Origin: Acidobacteriota bacterium
GTDB lineage: Bacteria; Acidobacteriota; UBA4820; DSQY01
Length of the DNA stretch: 21,878 bases
Assembly (NCBI GenBank): GCA_049967655.1
Contig: JBMFSH010000038.1
Location: forward strand, 1-21,878
Direction of reading: 5' to 3'
Of this stretch, positions 8,312-15,882 are shown piece by piece (the stretch's first letter is position 1; the number at the start of each line of letters is the position of its first letter). The position numbers and the translations under genes were made by a program. Under the pieces are notes generated by a model. The model saw nothing but the letters and a program-made list of their open reading frames with translations, was not told the origin of the DNA and made no database searches.

Positions 8312-9607
8312 ATGGCTTGGATCGACGGATACAGGGCGAAGCTCTGTTCGGCCGATGAGGCCGTGTCGCGCATCAAGTCGAACGACTGGGTGTGGCTGAG
8401 CGGCAACGCCGCGGCGCCCTTCTTCCTCATGGAGGCCCTGGCCCGCCGGGCCGGGGAGCTGGAAAACGTCACCCTCTCCCACGTGCTCCTCATGGGCGAG
8501 GACCCCCTCTCCAAGCCGGGCATGGAGAAGGCCTTTCACCACAACTCCCTCTTCGTTGGACCGGCGGACCGACCTTCGGTGAACGACGGGCGCTCCGCCT
8601 ACGTGCCCATCCACCTGCACATGATCCCCAAGGCCATCCGCACCGGGGCCTGCCGGGTTGACGTGGCCATGATCCAGTGTTCGCCTCCCGACGAGCACGG
8701 CTTCATGAGCCTGGGGCTGGAGGTAATGGCCCAGAAGGCTGCTGTGGAGGTGGCCAAGACCGTCATCGTCCAGGTGAACGACCAGATGCCCAGGACGCTC
8801 GGGGACTCCTTCCTCCACGTCTCGAAGGCCGCCCACATCGTGGAGCACAGCTTTCCCCTGCTGGAGCTCCGCGGGAAGGAGGCCACGGAGGTGGAGCGGA
8901 AGATCGGCGCCCTCATCGCCGAGATGATCCCCGATGGCGCGACCCTCCAGATGGGCATCGGCGGCATCCCCGATGCCGTGCTCACGCTCCTGGAGGGCAA
9001 GCGCGACCTGGGAATCCATACGGAGATGATCTCGGACGGGCTGGTGCGGGCCATGGAGCAAGGGATCATCACCGGGAACAAGAAGACCCTGCACCCGGGC
9101 AAGGTGGTGGCCACCTTCATCCTGGGTACGCGGAAGCTCTACGACTTCGTCCACGACAACCCGCTCTTCGAGGTCCACCCCGTGGACCACACCAACGATC
9201 CCTTCATCATCGCCCAGAACGACAACATGGTGGCCATCAACTCGGCCCTGGAGGTGGACCTGACGGGCCAGGTCTGCTCGGACTCCATCGGCACCTACAT
9301 CTACAGCGGCTTCGGGGGGCAGCTGGATTTCATCCGCGGCGCCGCCGCCAGCAAGGGGGGCAAACCCATCATCGCCCTTCCCTCTACTGCCAAGCAGGGC
9401 ACCGTGTCGCGCATCGTGCCCAAGCTCAAGGAGGGGTCGGGCGTGGTCACCACGCGGGCCGACGTCCACACCGTGGTCACGGAGCACGGAGCGGCCAACC
9501 TCTGGGGGAAGAACCTGAACGAGCGCGCCAAGGCCCTCATCGCCATCGCGGACCCCGCCTTCAGGGAGATGCTGGAAAAGGAGGCCAGGGAGCGCCACCT
9601 TATCTAA
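8312..9607 (+). CDS. Acetyl-CoA hydrolase/transferase family (4-hydroxybutyrate CoA-transferase-like)
   Basis: LQMGIGGIP, catalytic Glu in GIHTEM, GFGGQLDF, VVTEHG and LIAIADP.FR; starts 3 nt after the ald stop. Confidence 0.92.
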   Translation: MAWIDGYRAKLCSADEAVSRIKSNDWVWLSGNAAAPFFLMEALARRAGELENVTLSHVLLMGEDPLSKPGMEKAFHHNSLFVGPADRPSVNDGRSAYVPIHLHMIPKAIRTGACRVDVAMIQCSPPDEHGFMSLGLEVMAQKAAVEVAKTVIVQVNDQMPRTLGDSFLHVSKAAHIVEHSFPLLELRGKEATEVERKIGALIAEMIPDGATLQMGIGGIPDAVLTLLEGKRDLGIHTEMISDGLVRAMEQGIITGNKKTLHPGKVVATFILGTRKLYDFVHDNPLFEVHPVDHTNDPFIIAQNDNMVAINSALEVDLTGQVCSDSIGTYIYSGFGGQLDFIRGAAASKGGKPIIALPSTAKQGTVSRIVPKLKEGSGVVTTRADVHTVVTEHGAANLWGKNLNERAKALIAIADPAFREMLEKEARERHLI

Positions 9608-9634
9608 TGGCCACGTGGGATGGGCCCCTGGGAA

Positions 9635-9662
9635 GTGGAGGGTGGAGGGTGAAGGGTGGAGG
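9635..9662 (+). repeat. Four tandem GTGGAGG heptamers (one variant GTGAAGG)
   Basis: Read directly from the intergenic sequence. Confidence 0.8.
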
Positions 9663-9733
9663 TCAGGGAACGGGCCAGCAGAATGTCTGACCGAGGGTAA
9701 GCCAGCAGGGAGACGGCGGCCGTGGGAGGCATC

Positions 9734-9961
9734 ATGCGAGTGGAAATCGAATACTGCGGCGTCTGAAACTACGAGCCGAAGGCCGCCGGTCTGGCGGCCA
9801 AGATCAAGGCGGAGTTCGGCGCGGAGCCCCGGCTCATCCGCTCCTCGGGAGGCGTTTTCGAGGTAACGATAGACGGAGTCCTGGTTCACTCCAAAAAGGC
9901 ATCGGGGCACTTTCCCAATGAGGGCGAATTGATCCGCCGGCTCCGAGAGAGGGTCGGCTGA
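9734..9961 (+). CDS. SelT/SelW/SelH (Rdx) family selenoprotein, 75 aa, Sec at codon 11
   Basis: RBS GGGAGG; translation MRVEIEYCGV-U-NYEPKAAGLAAKIKAEFGAEPRLIRSSGGVFEVTIDGVLVHSKKASGHFPNEGELIRRLRERVG; CxxU, GGVFEV, SK and FP motifs; in-frame TGA at 9764-9766. Confidence 0.93.
9781..9799 (+). promoter_or_regulatory. Bacterial SECIS element
   Basis: GGCCGCC-GGTCT-GGCGGCC hairpin starting 14 nt after the TGA; the apical GGUCU resembles the E. coli fdhF SECIS tip. Confidence 0.82.
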
Positions 9962-9982
9962 GAGGGGTCCGGGAGACCGGCC

Positions 9983-10459
9983 GTGGATATGAACACCGTT
10001 ATCGGAGTTGTGGAGCGCAATGCCGACAAGCTGGCCGCGCGCTGGCTGGAGCGCCTCCGCAAGGAGGCGGGGATGGAGGATTACGCGCGAGAGCCGGCAC
10101 CCCTCCTGCTGGACCACGTCCGCGACGCCTACCAGGAAATCGGCACCTATCTGGACCAGCCGAGGCACCAAGTCATCGCCGAGCACTTCCGGGCCACGGG
10201 AAGGCGCCGGAGGGAGAGGGGGCTGCCGCTGGCCGAGGTGATCAGGGCCGTGCAGCTCGCCCGCACGGTGCTGTGGCAATACGTCATCGAGCAGGGGATC
10301 TTCGATTCCACCGTTAACCTCTACCAGGCCTTGAACCTCTACAGGCAGATCGTGGGTTTCTTCGATCAGGCCGTGCTCTACGCCGTAGAGGGGTACTTCG
10401 AGACGGCGAGCGGAGAACCCGGAAGAACGGATGACGAGGGAAGGGGCGGGGCAGAATAA
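9983..10459 (+). CDS. Stand-alone RsbRD_N/HisK_N-like all-helical (globin-like sensor) domain protein
   Basis: Pattern LAARW..., G..R...G.PL.EV..A....R..LW, ...FFD.A.....GY; GTG start (alternative ATG at 9989). Confidence 0.7.
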   Translation: MDMNTVIGVVERNADKLAARWLERLRKEAGMEDYAREPAPLLLDHVRDAYQEIGTYLDQPRHQVIAEHFRATGRRRRERGLPLAEVIRAVQLARTVLWQYVIEQGIFDSTVNLYQALNLYRQIVGFFDQAVLYAVEGYFETASGEPGRTDDEGRGGAE

Positions 10460-10507
10460 GGCCGCCGACCCCTCTCCCTCCTCCGGGCTCCTCGCATCAC
10501 CTCCGGA

Positions 10508-11914
10508 TCAGCTCGCCACCGAGGGCAGGTGCGAGAGCGCCTCCTCGATGGCCGCTTCCGGGTAGCCCCCGTTGTTGATCTTGCCGTCGATGAAGGCCTC
10601 GTAGGCCGACAGATCCAGGAGGCCGTGGCCGCTGAGGGAGAACAGGATCGCGGCGGTGCGCCCCTCCTCCTTCAATTGGAGCGCCTTCTTCACCACCGCC
10701 GCCACGGCGTGGCCCGATTCCGGCGCGGGGATGATGCCCTCGGTCCTGGTGAACAGCATGGCGCTCTCGAACACCTCCCGCTGCGGCACCGTCTCCGCCT
10801 TCATGAGGCCCCTCTCCACGAGCGCGCTGACGATGGGCGAGGCTCCGTGGTAGCGCAGCCCCCCGGCATGCACGGCGGGGGGGACGAACCCGTGGCCGAG
10901 GGTGTACATGCGGAGGATGGGCGTGAGGCCCGCCGTATCGCCGAAGTCGTAGGCCATGCGCCCCTTCGTGAGGGTGGGGCAGCTTTCGGGTTCCACGGCA
11001 ACGGCGGTCACGGGCCGCCCCTTCAAGGCCTCCCCCACGAAGGGGAGGGCCAACCCCCCGAAATTGGAGCCGCCGCCGTGACAGCCGTAGACGTAGTCCG
11101 GGTAGTCCTCCACCAGGGCCATCTGTTTTTGCGCCTCCTGTCCGATGACCGTCTGGTGGAGCAGGACGTGGTTCAGCACGCTGCCGAGCGAGTAGTGGGT
11201 GTCCTCCCGGCCCGCCGCCTCCTCCACCGCCTCGCTGATGGCGATGCCCAGGCTGCCGGGAGAGTCGGGATGTTCGGCGAGGATGGCCCGCCCCGAGGCC
11301 GTGAGCGGCGACGGGCTTGCCAGGACCTCGGCGCCGTAGAGGCGCATGAAGGTCTTGCGGTAGGGCTTCTGGTCGAAGCTCACCCGCACCATGTAGACGC
11401 GGCACTGGAGGTCGAAGAGGCGCGAGGCGAAGGCCAGGGCGCTGCCCCACTGACCGGCCCCGGTCTCGGTGGTCAGGCGCTGGATGCCCGAGATCTTGTT
11501 GTAGTAGGCCTGCGGAACCGCCGTGTTGGGCTTGTGGCTTCCCGCGGGCGAGACCCCCTCGTGTTTGAAGTAGATGCGGGCCGGAGTGCCCAGGGCCTTC
11601 TCCAGCCTGCGCGCCCGGATCATGGGAGTGGGGCGCCACATGGCCAGCACATCGAGCACCGGCTCGGGGATGGGAACGAGCCGGTCGTGCCCCATTTCCT
11701 GCTCGATGAGCTGGGGCGGGAAGATCCGCGCCATCTCGTCGAAGGTCACGGGCAGGCCCGTGGCGGGGCTGATGGGCGGGGCCAGCTCGAAGGGAAGGTC
11801 CGCCAGGACGTTGTACCAGTGGGTCGGGATCTCGCGGGTGGGGAGGAGGACGCGGTCCTCTCCCGAGGCCTGGTTGGGTCTTCCTGTTCCGGTCGTCGTG
11901 TCTGCGTGCGCCAT
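10508..11914 (-). CDS. trpB2: Tryptophan synthase beta chain type 2 (TrpB2)
   Basis: PLP-lysine motif GSHKPN, TETGAGQWG, GGGSNF, HAGGLRYHG, PAPES.HA and LSGHG; N-terminal IPTHWYN typical of TrpB2; start at MAHAD after GGAGG. Confidence 0.95.
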   Translation of the reverse strand: MAHADTTTGTGRPNQASGEDRVLLPTREIPTHWYNVLADLPFELAPPISPATGLPVTFDEMARIFPPQLIEQEMGHDRLVPIPEPVLDVLAMWRPTPMIRARRLEKALGTPARIYFKHEGVSPAGSHKPNTAVPQAYYNKISGIQRLTTETGAGQWGSALAFASRLFDLQCRVYMVRVSFDQKPYRKTFMRLYGAEVLASPSPLTASGRAILAEHPDSPGSLGIAISEAVEEAAGREDTHYSLGSVLNHVLLHQTVIGQEAQKQMALVEDYPDYVYGCHGGGSNFGGLALPFVGEALKGRPVTAVAVEPESCPTLTKGRMAYDFGDTAGLTPILRMYTLGHGFVPPAVHAGGLRYHGASPIVSALVERGLMKAETVPQREVFESAMLFTRTEGIIPAPESGHAVAAVVKKALQLKEEGRTAAILFSLSGHGLLDLSAYEAFIDGKINNGGYPEAAIEEALSHLPSVAS

Positions 11915-11941
11915 GGGATCCTCCAATTCTCTTCGGCCAAC

Positions 11942-11969
11942 AAAAAAGCCCTCCGCTTCCGGAGGGCTT
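11942..11969 (-). terminator. Attenuator terminator upstream of trpB2
   Basis: Minus-strand RNA AAGCCCUCCG-GAAG-CGGAGGGCUU-UUUU, ending about 28 nt before the trpB2 start. Confidence 0.9.
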
Positions 11970-12022
11970 CGTACGCGTTCGCTTGGTACGATGAGGCTAC
12001 GGAGCCGCCTCGCGCCCTCCGG
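11959..12022 (-). promoter_or_regulatory. Antiterminator of the trp attenuator
   Basis: Leader segment CCGGAGGGC (12022-12014) is fully complementary to GCCCUCCGG (11967-11959) in the terminator 5' arm. Confidence 0.8.
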
Positions 12023-12089
12023 TTGCGCCGACGCACCACCACCAGCCGAGGATGGAGTTCGTGATCGGGGCTGAACCGAAGGGCATCAT
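11997..12089 (-). CDS. trpL: Trp attenuation leader peptide, 30 aa: MMPFGSAPITNSILGWWWCVGATGGREAAP
   Basis: Three consecutive TGG codons (12044-12036), GGAGG RBS, located between the promoter and the terminator. Confidence 0.88.
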   Translation of the reverse strand: MMPFGSAPITNSILGWWWCVGATGGREAAP

Positions 12090-12113
12090 GGCCTCTGGGC
12101 CTCCAACGCGGGA

Positions 12114-12143
12114 AGGCTACCGCAAGGGGCGGGAGCTTGTCAA
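12114..12143 (-). promoter_or_regulatory. Sigma70-type promoter for trpL-trpB2
   Basis: TTGACA-N18-TAGCCT on the minus strand, just upstream of the leader RBS. Confidence 0.65.
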
Positions 12144-12236
12144 GCAAGGTGCCCCGCCTGGGAAGGAAGAGGGACCATCGGAACGGGGAGAGGCGGATGG
12201 GCCGCCGCGCCAGCCTACCCCCCCCAGCATTCGGCG

Positions 12237-12264
12237 CTCCACCCTCCACCCTCCACCCTTCCAC
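12237..12264 (-). repeat. Tandem GGTGGAG heptamers (three perfect plus one variant)
   Basis: (CTCCACC)x3 followed by CTTCCAC on the + strand; same unit as 9635-9662 in the opposite orientation. Confidence 0.8.
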
Positions 12265-12416
12265 GCCCTTGGGTTCGTTCCTGGAATGAACTAACCTACC
12301 CATACTGCCGGCAGCCCGCCGTGAATGGCCGGCGGGGAATGGGGAGAGGCTCCGGGCCGTTGATGCCGTGATGAGTGATAAGGGTGAAGGCTCGGCATGA
12401 AGACGCAGGAGTAGGC

Positions 12417-14339
12417 ATGGCCGGTGGAGAAGTACCCGAGACGCGGAAATCCCTCTCCGAGGTGCACGGCAGCGTCCGCGTGCCGTGGACCGGCAACCTG
12501 CTGCGCCGCATCTTCGCCGTGGCCGGGCCGGCCTACCTCGTCAGCGTGGGCTACATGGACCCCGGGAACTGGGCCACGGACCTGGCCGCCGGGGCCCACT
12601 ACAACTATGCCCTGATCTGGGTGCTCCTGATGTCCAACCTCATGGCCGTGCTGTTGCAAGCCCTGGCGGCACGGCTCGGCGTGGTGCGCGGCCTGGACCT
12701 GGCCCAGGCCTGCCGAAGGGAGTATTCGCGTCCCGTGAACGCGGCCCTGTACGTGCTCTGTGAAATAGCCATCACCGCCTGCGACCTGGCGGAGGTCATC
12801 GGCTCGGCCATCGCCCTGCAGCTCCTCTTCGGTCTGCCCATGGTGTGGGGCGTGCTGATCACGGGGGCCGACACCTTCGCGCTCCTCTTCCTGAGCCACC
12901 TTGGGATCCGGAAGATGGAGGCCTTGATCCTCGGCCTCATCACGGTTGTCGGCACCGGCTTTCTCGTCGAGATCCTGCTGGCCAAGCCCGAGTGGGGCGG
13001 CGTGGCAATGGGATTCTTCCCGATCCTGCCCGACAAGGCGGCCCTCTTCGTCGCCATCGGCATGCTGGGGGCAACGGTCATGCCCCACAACCTCTACCTC
13101 CACAGCTCCCTGGTCCAGAGCAGGACCATCGGGGACACCCTGAAGGAGAAGTGGCAGGCCATCAAGCTCAATACGCTGGATTCCGCGGTGGCTCTGAATA
13201 TGGCTTTCTTCGTGAACGCCGCCATCCTCATCATGGCGGCGGCCGTCTTCTACCGCTCGGGGCACCGGGAGGTGGCGGAGATCCGGGACGCCTACCGCTT
13301 GCTGGAACCCATCCTCGGCATGGCGGTAGCACCCGTCGCCTTTGCGGTGGCCCTTCTGGCCTCCGGCCAGAGCTCCACCATCACGGGCACCCTGGCGGGC
13401 CAGATCGTGATGGAGGGTTTTCTCAACATCCGCATCGCGCCCTGGCTGCGGCGCCTCATCACTCGACTGCTGGCCATCGTCCCCGCGGTCCTGACGCTCA
13501 TCTACTTCGGCGAGCGGGGCACGGGCCCCCTCCTGGTCCTTTCTCAGGTCGTCCTTTCCCTTCAGCTCCCCTTCGCCATCATCCCGCTCGTGCACTTCGT
13601 CTCCGACAGGAAGCAGATGGGCGAGCTAGCCATCGGCCGGCCTACGAAGGTCCTGGCGTGGATCACCGCCTCCGTCGTGGTCGTTCTGAACGCCAAGCTG
13701 GTATCCGACTGGCTCGCGGAGTGGACCCACGCCGCGGGAGACCGGGCTTTCTGGATCCTTCTGGTGGCCGTCCCGCTCAACCTGGCCGTCGGCGGTCTTT
13801 TGCTGTACGTTACGATTAAGCCCTGGTTAGGGGGTCTGGCACGGCGCGCGCCAGCGGCCCCGCGGCTGGGAGTGCACGCTCCCTCGGAGGGGCTGGACCT
13901 GGAGATGGCCGCCAGTCCGTACAAGAAGATCGCGGTTGCCCTGGACTTCTCGGGCCGGGACGGAGCGATCCTGAAGGAGACCCTAAAGATGGCCGGCGAC
14001 GGTCGTCCAGAGCTGGCGCTCATGCACGTCGTCGAGAGCGCCGGCGCTCGTTTCCTGGGAAAGGACTCGGCGGACGAGGAGAGCCAGCAGGACGCCGCGC
14101 GCCTGGAGGGCTACGCCGAGGCGCTGAGAGCGAAGGGCTTCAACGTCGCGACGAAGCTCGGCAGGGGCAAGCCGGTGCCCGTGCTGGCGGCCATGATCGA
14201 GGAGTTCGGCCCCGACCTGGTGGTTCTGGGTGCCCACGGCCACCGCTTCTTGCTCGACCTCTTCTTCGGCTCCACCGCCGACGCGCTCCGCCACCGCATC
14301 AGGGCCAGCGTCCTTGTGGTCGGGAAAGGACGACCCTAG
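12417..14339 (+). CDS. mntH: Nramp family Mn2+/Fe2+ transporter with a C-terminal universal stress protein (USP) domain
   Basis: DPGN and MPHNLYLHS metal-site motifs, GQSSTITGT; USP motifs from about 13920 (KIAVALDFS, LMHVVE, DLVVLGAHGH, FGST); start moved to the ATG after AGGAG. Confidence 0.93.
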   Translation: MAGGEVPETRKSLSEVHGSVRVPWTGNLLRRIFAVAGPAYLVSVGYMDPGNWATDLAAGAHYNYALIWVLLMSNLMAVLLQALAARLGVVRGLDLAQACRREYSRPVNAALYVLCEIAITACDLAEVIGSAIALQLLFGLPMVWGVLITGADTFALLFLSHLGIRKMEALILGLITVVGTGFLVEILLAKPEWGGVAMGFFPILPDKAALFVAIGMLGATVMPHNLYLHSSLVQSRTIGDTLKEKWQAIKLNTLDSAVALNMAFFVNAAILIMAAAVFYRSGHREVAEIRDAYRLLEPILGMAVAPVAFAVALLASGQSSTITGTLAGQIVMEGFLNIRIAPWLRRLITRLLAIVPAVLTLIYFGERGTGPLLVLSQVVLSLQLPFAIIPLVHFVSDRKQMGELAIGRPTKVLAWITASVVVVLNAKLVSDWLAEWTHAAGDRAFWILLVAVPLNLAVGGLLLYVTIKPWLGGLARRAPAAPRLGVHAPSEGLDLEMAASPYKKIAVALDFSGRDGAILKETLKMAGDGRPELALMHVVESAGARFLGKDSADEESQQDAARLEGYAEALRAKGFNVATKLGRGKPVPVLAAMIEEFGPDLVVLGAHGHRFLLDLFFGSTADALRHRIRASVLVVGKGRP

Positions 14340-14547
14340 CGGTTTCATCTCTAGGATGCGGGGCGGTCCTGGCGGTAATCTTCCGCGGTGATTCCTCAGG
14401 GTCCTCTCGGAGTTCGGCCAGCTTTGCTCCTCAGGTGGGCTCCCGCCGGGACCTCCTCACCCTCCAATTAGCCATCGGATCCCGCTTCGGGGCCACCTGG
14501 CCCCCCGGTGGAATTAAAGCGCGAGCCGGCCGGTTAACCAGCGTGAA

Positions 14548-15882
14548 TTGGCTCAGGCGAAGGGCGGCCCTGACAAGACGGTGCCGACGCCCGCCGAAGA
14601 CTGGCGGCAAGCCAGCGTAGACGTGGTCATCCCCGCCCTGAACGAGGAGCGCACCATCGTTCTGTGCCTGGCCTCGGTATTGAAGCAGACCCTCAGGCCC
14701 AGGCACGTGATTCTCGTGGATGACGGTAGCAAGGACCGCACCCTGTCGCTGGCCCAAGCCTTCTGCGAGCAGAACGGACTGGAGCTGATCGCCATCCAGC
14801 GGCAGCAGCCCATCGGCAAGACGCCGACGATCAAGCGCCAAGCCCGCGAATTCGATTCGGACGTGGAGTTTATCCTAGACGCCGACACGGTCTTGGAATC
14901 GGAGAACTACATCGAACGCACCGTCCAGGAGCTCTATCAAGCGGTGGGTATAGCGAGCGCGTGCGGAACCATTCTGCCCTTGCGCCAGAAGGACCGGAAA
15001 CGGTGGGTCCAGGAGGAGAAGGTGAAGGCCTTTCTGGAGAAGGTCCCCGATGCACCGGTTAATGGACCTTTGAGTTGGAGCGCGCGCCTCCGACAGGCTG
15101 TCACGGACACTTACCGCGACGTACTCTACACTTTCCTTCAGCGCTTCGTCTACCTTGGTCAAATGGTCTTCTTCGGAACCATCGTCAACCCCGTCGGCTG
15201 CGCCGTGGCCTACCGGCGCCGCTATGTCAAGGACATCTTCGACACTTACGAGCCCATCCTGGGGGACGACCTGACCAACTCGGAGGACATCTTCATCGGT
15301 TTCGCCATGACCAGCAGGGGTTACCGGAACATCCAGCTCCGCGACGTGTTGGCGCGGTCGGTGGAGCCCGAAGCGCAGCGCCTTCCGAGGCAGATCTACC
15401 TATGGTCCTCCTCCTTCTTCCAGAGCTGCTATTACTTCAACGACTTGTTGCTCAGCCCCTTCAAAGCTTTTAGGCGTCTCAGGCATCGGAGGGATGCCCG
15501 AAAGAGCAAGGAGCTCCAGGAAAAGAGGAAGATCGCCGAGCCCTACCGCCAGTCTTTCGGGGAGCCGTACACCAAACGCTACGGCCGGCCTATCGGATGG
15601 GTTTTGCTCATGTCCGCCATTGAGAAGGTGGGGTTCCCGTCGGCCCTGATCATCATGCTCGGGCTGGGGCTCTGGTACCCACTGCTCCTCACGGTTCTCT
15701 TGGAGACGCTGATTTCCATTACGATTCTCGCCGTTGTGGCGTCGGAACACCGCTTGGCTTACGTGGGCAAGGGGCTTCTCATCACGCCTATCCGTTACGT
15801 CAGTCTGCTGTCGGATTTTGTGACCATGCTGATCTTCGCCTCGCACCTCTGGATCCTTCGGCACCGGGGGTGGCGCAAATGA
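14548..15882 (+). CDS. Family 2 glycosyltransferase, processive synthase-like, with C-terminal TM helices
   Basis: VIPALNEE, VDDGSKD, GK, DADT, GCAVAYRR, SED and QIYLW; TTG start with no clear RBS, so the start is uncertain (in-frame TAA at 14515). Confidence 0.85.
   Translation: MAQAKGGPDKTVPTPAEDWRQASVDVVIPALNEERTIVLCLASVLKQTLRPRHVILVDDGSKDRTLSLAQAFCEQNGLELIAIQRQQPIGKTPTIKRQAREFDSDVEFILDADTVLESENYIERTVQELYQAVGIASACGTILPLRQKDRKRWVQEEKVKAFLEKVPDAPVNGPLSWSARLRQAVTDTYRDVLYTFLQRFVYLGQMVFFGTIVNPVGCAVAYRRRYVKDIFDTYEPILGDDLTNSEDIFIGFAMTSRGYRNIQLRDVLARSVEPEAQRLPRQIYLWSSSFFQSCYYFNDLLLSPFKAFRRLRHRRDARKSKELQEKRKIAEPYRQSFGEPYTKRYGRPIGWVLLMSAIEKVGFPSALIIMLGLGLWYPLLLTVLLETLISITILAVVASEHRLAYVGKGLLITPIRYVSLLSDFVTMLIFASHLWILRHRGWRK

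Noticed and set aside
9764..9766. Reading the in-frame TGA as a nonsense mutation (pseudogene)
   Set aside because: It sits at the CxxU position, has a correctly placed SECIS-like hairpin, and the downstream frame is intact.
7397..10279. 960-aa minus-strand ORF
   Set aside because: Antisense shadow of four well-supported plus-strand genes; no motifs; stop-poor reverse frames are expected in high-GC3 DNA.
11997..12143. T-box riboswitch upstream of trpB2
   Set aside because: No room for a stem I/specifier domain between the promoter and the UGGUGG run; the run is better explained as in-frame Trp codons of a leader peptide.
12291..12416. DtxR box (CTAACCTA half-site) or yybP-ykoY riboswitch upstream of mntH
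   Set aside because: Only one half-site matches, and the conserved yybP-ykoY core could not be found.
14340..14547. c-di-GMP riboswitch upstream of the GT2 gene
   Set aside because: No GEMM-type consensus (GGCAAAC/GAAA tetraloop and receptor) was seen.
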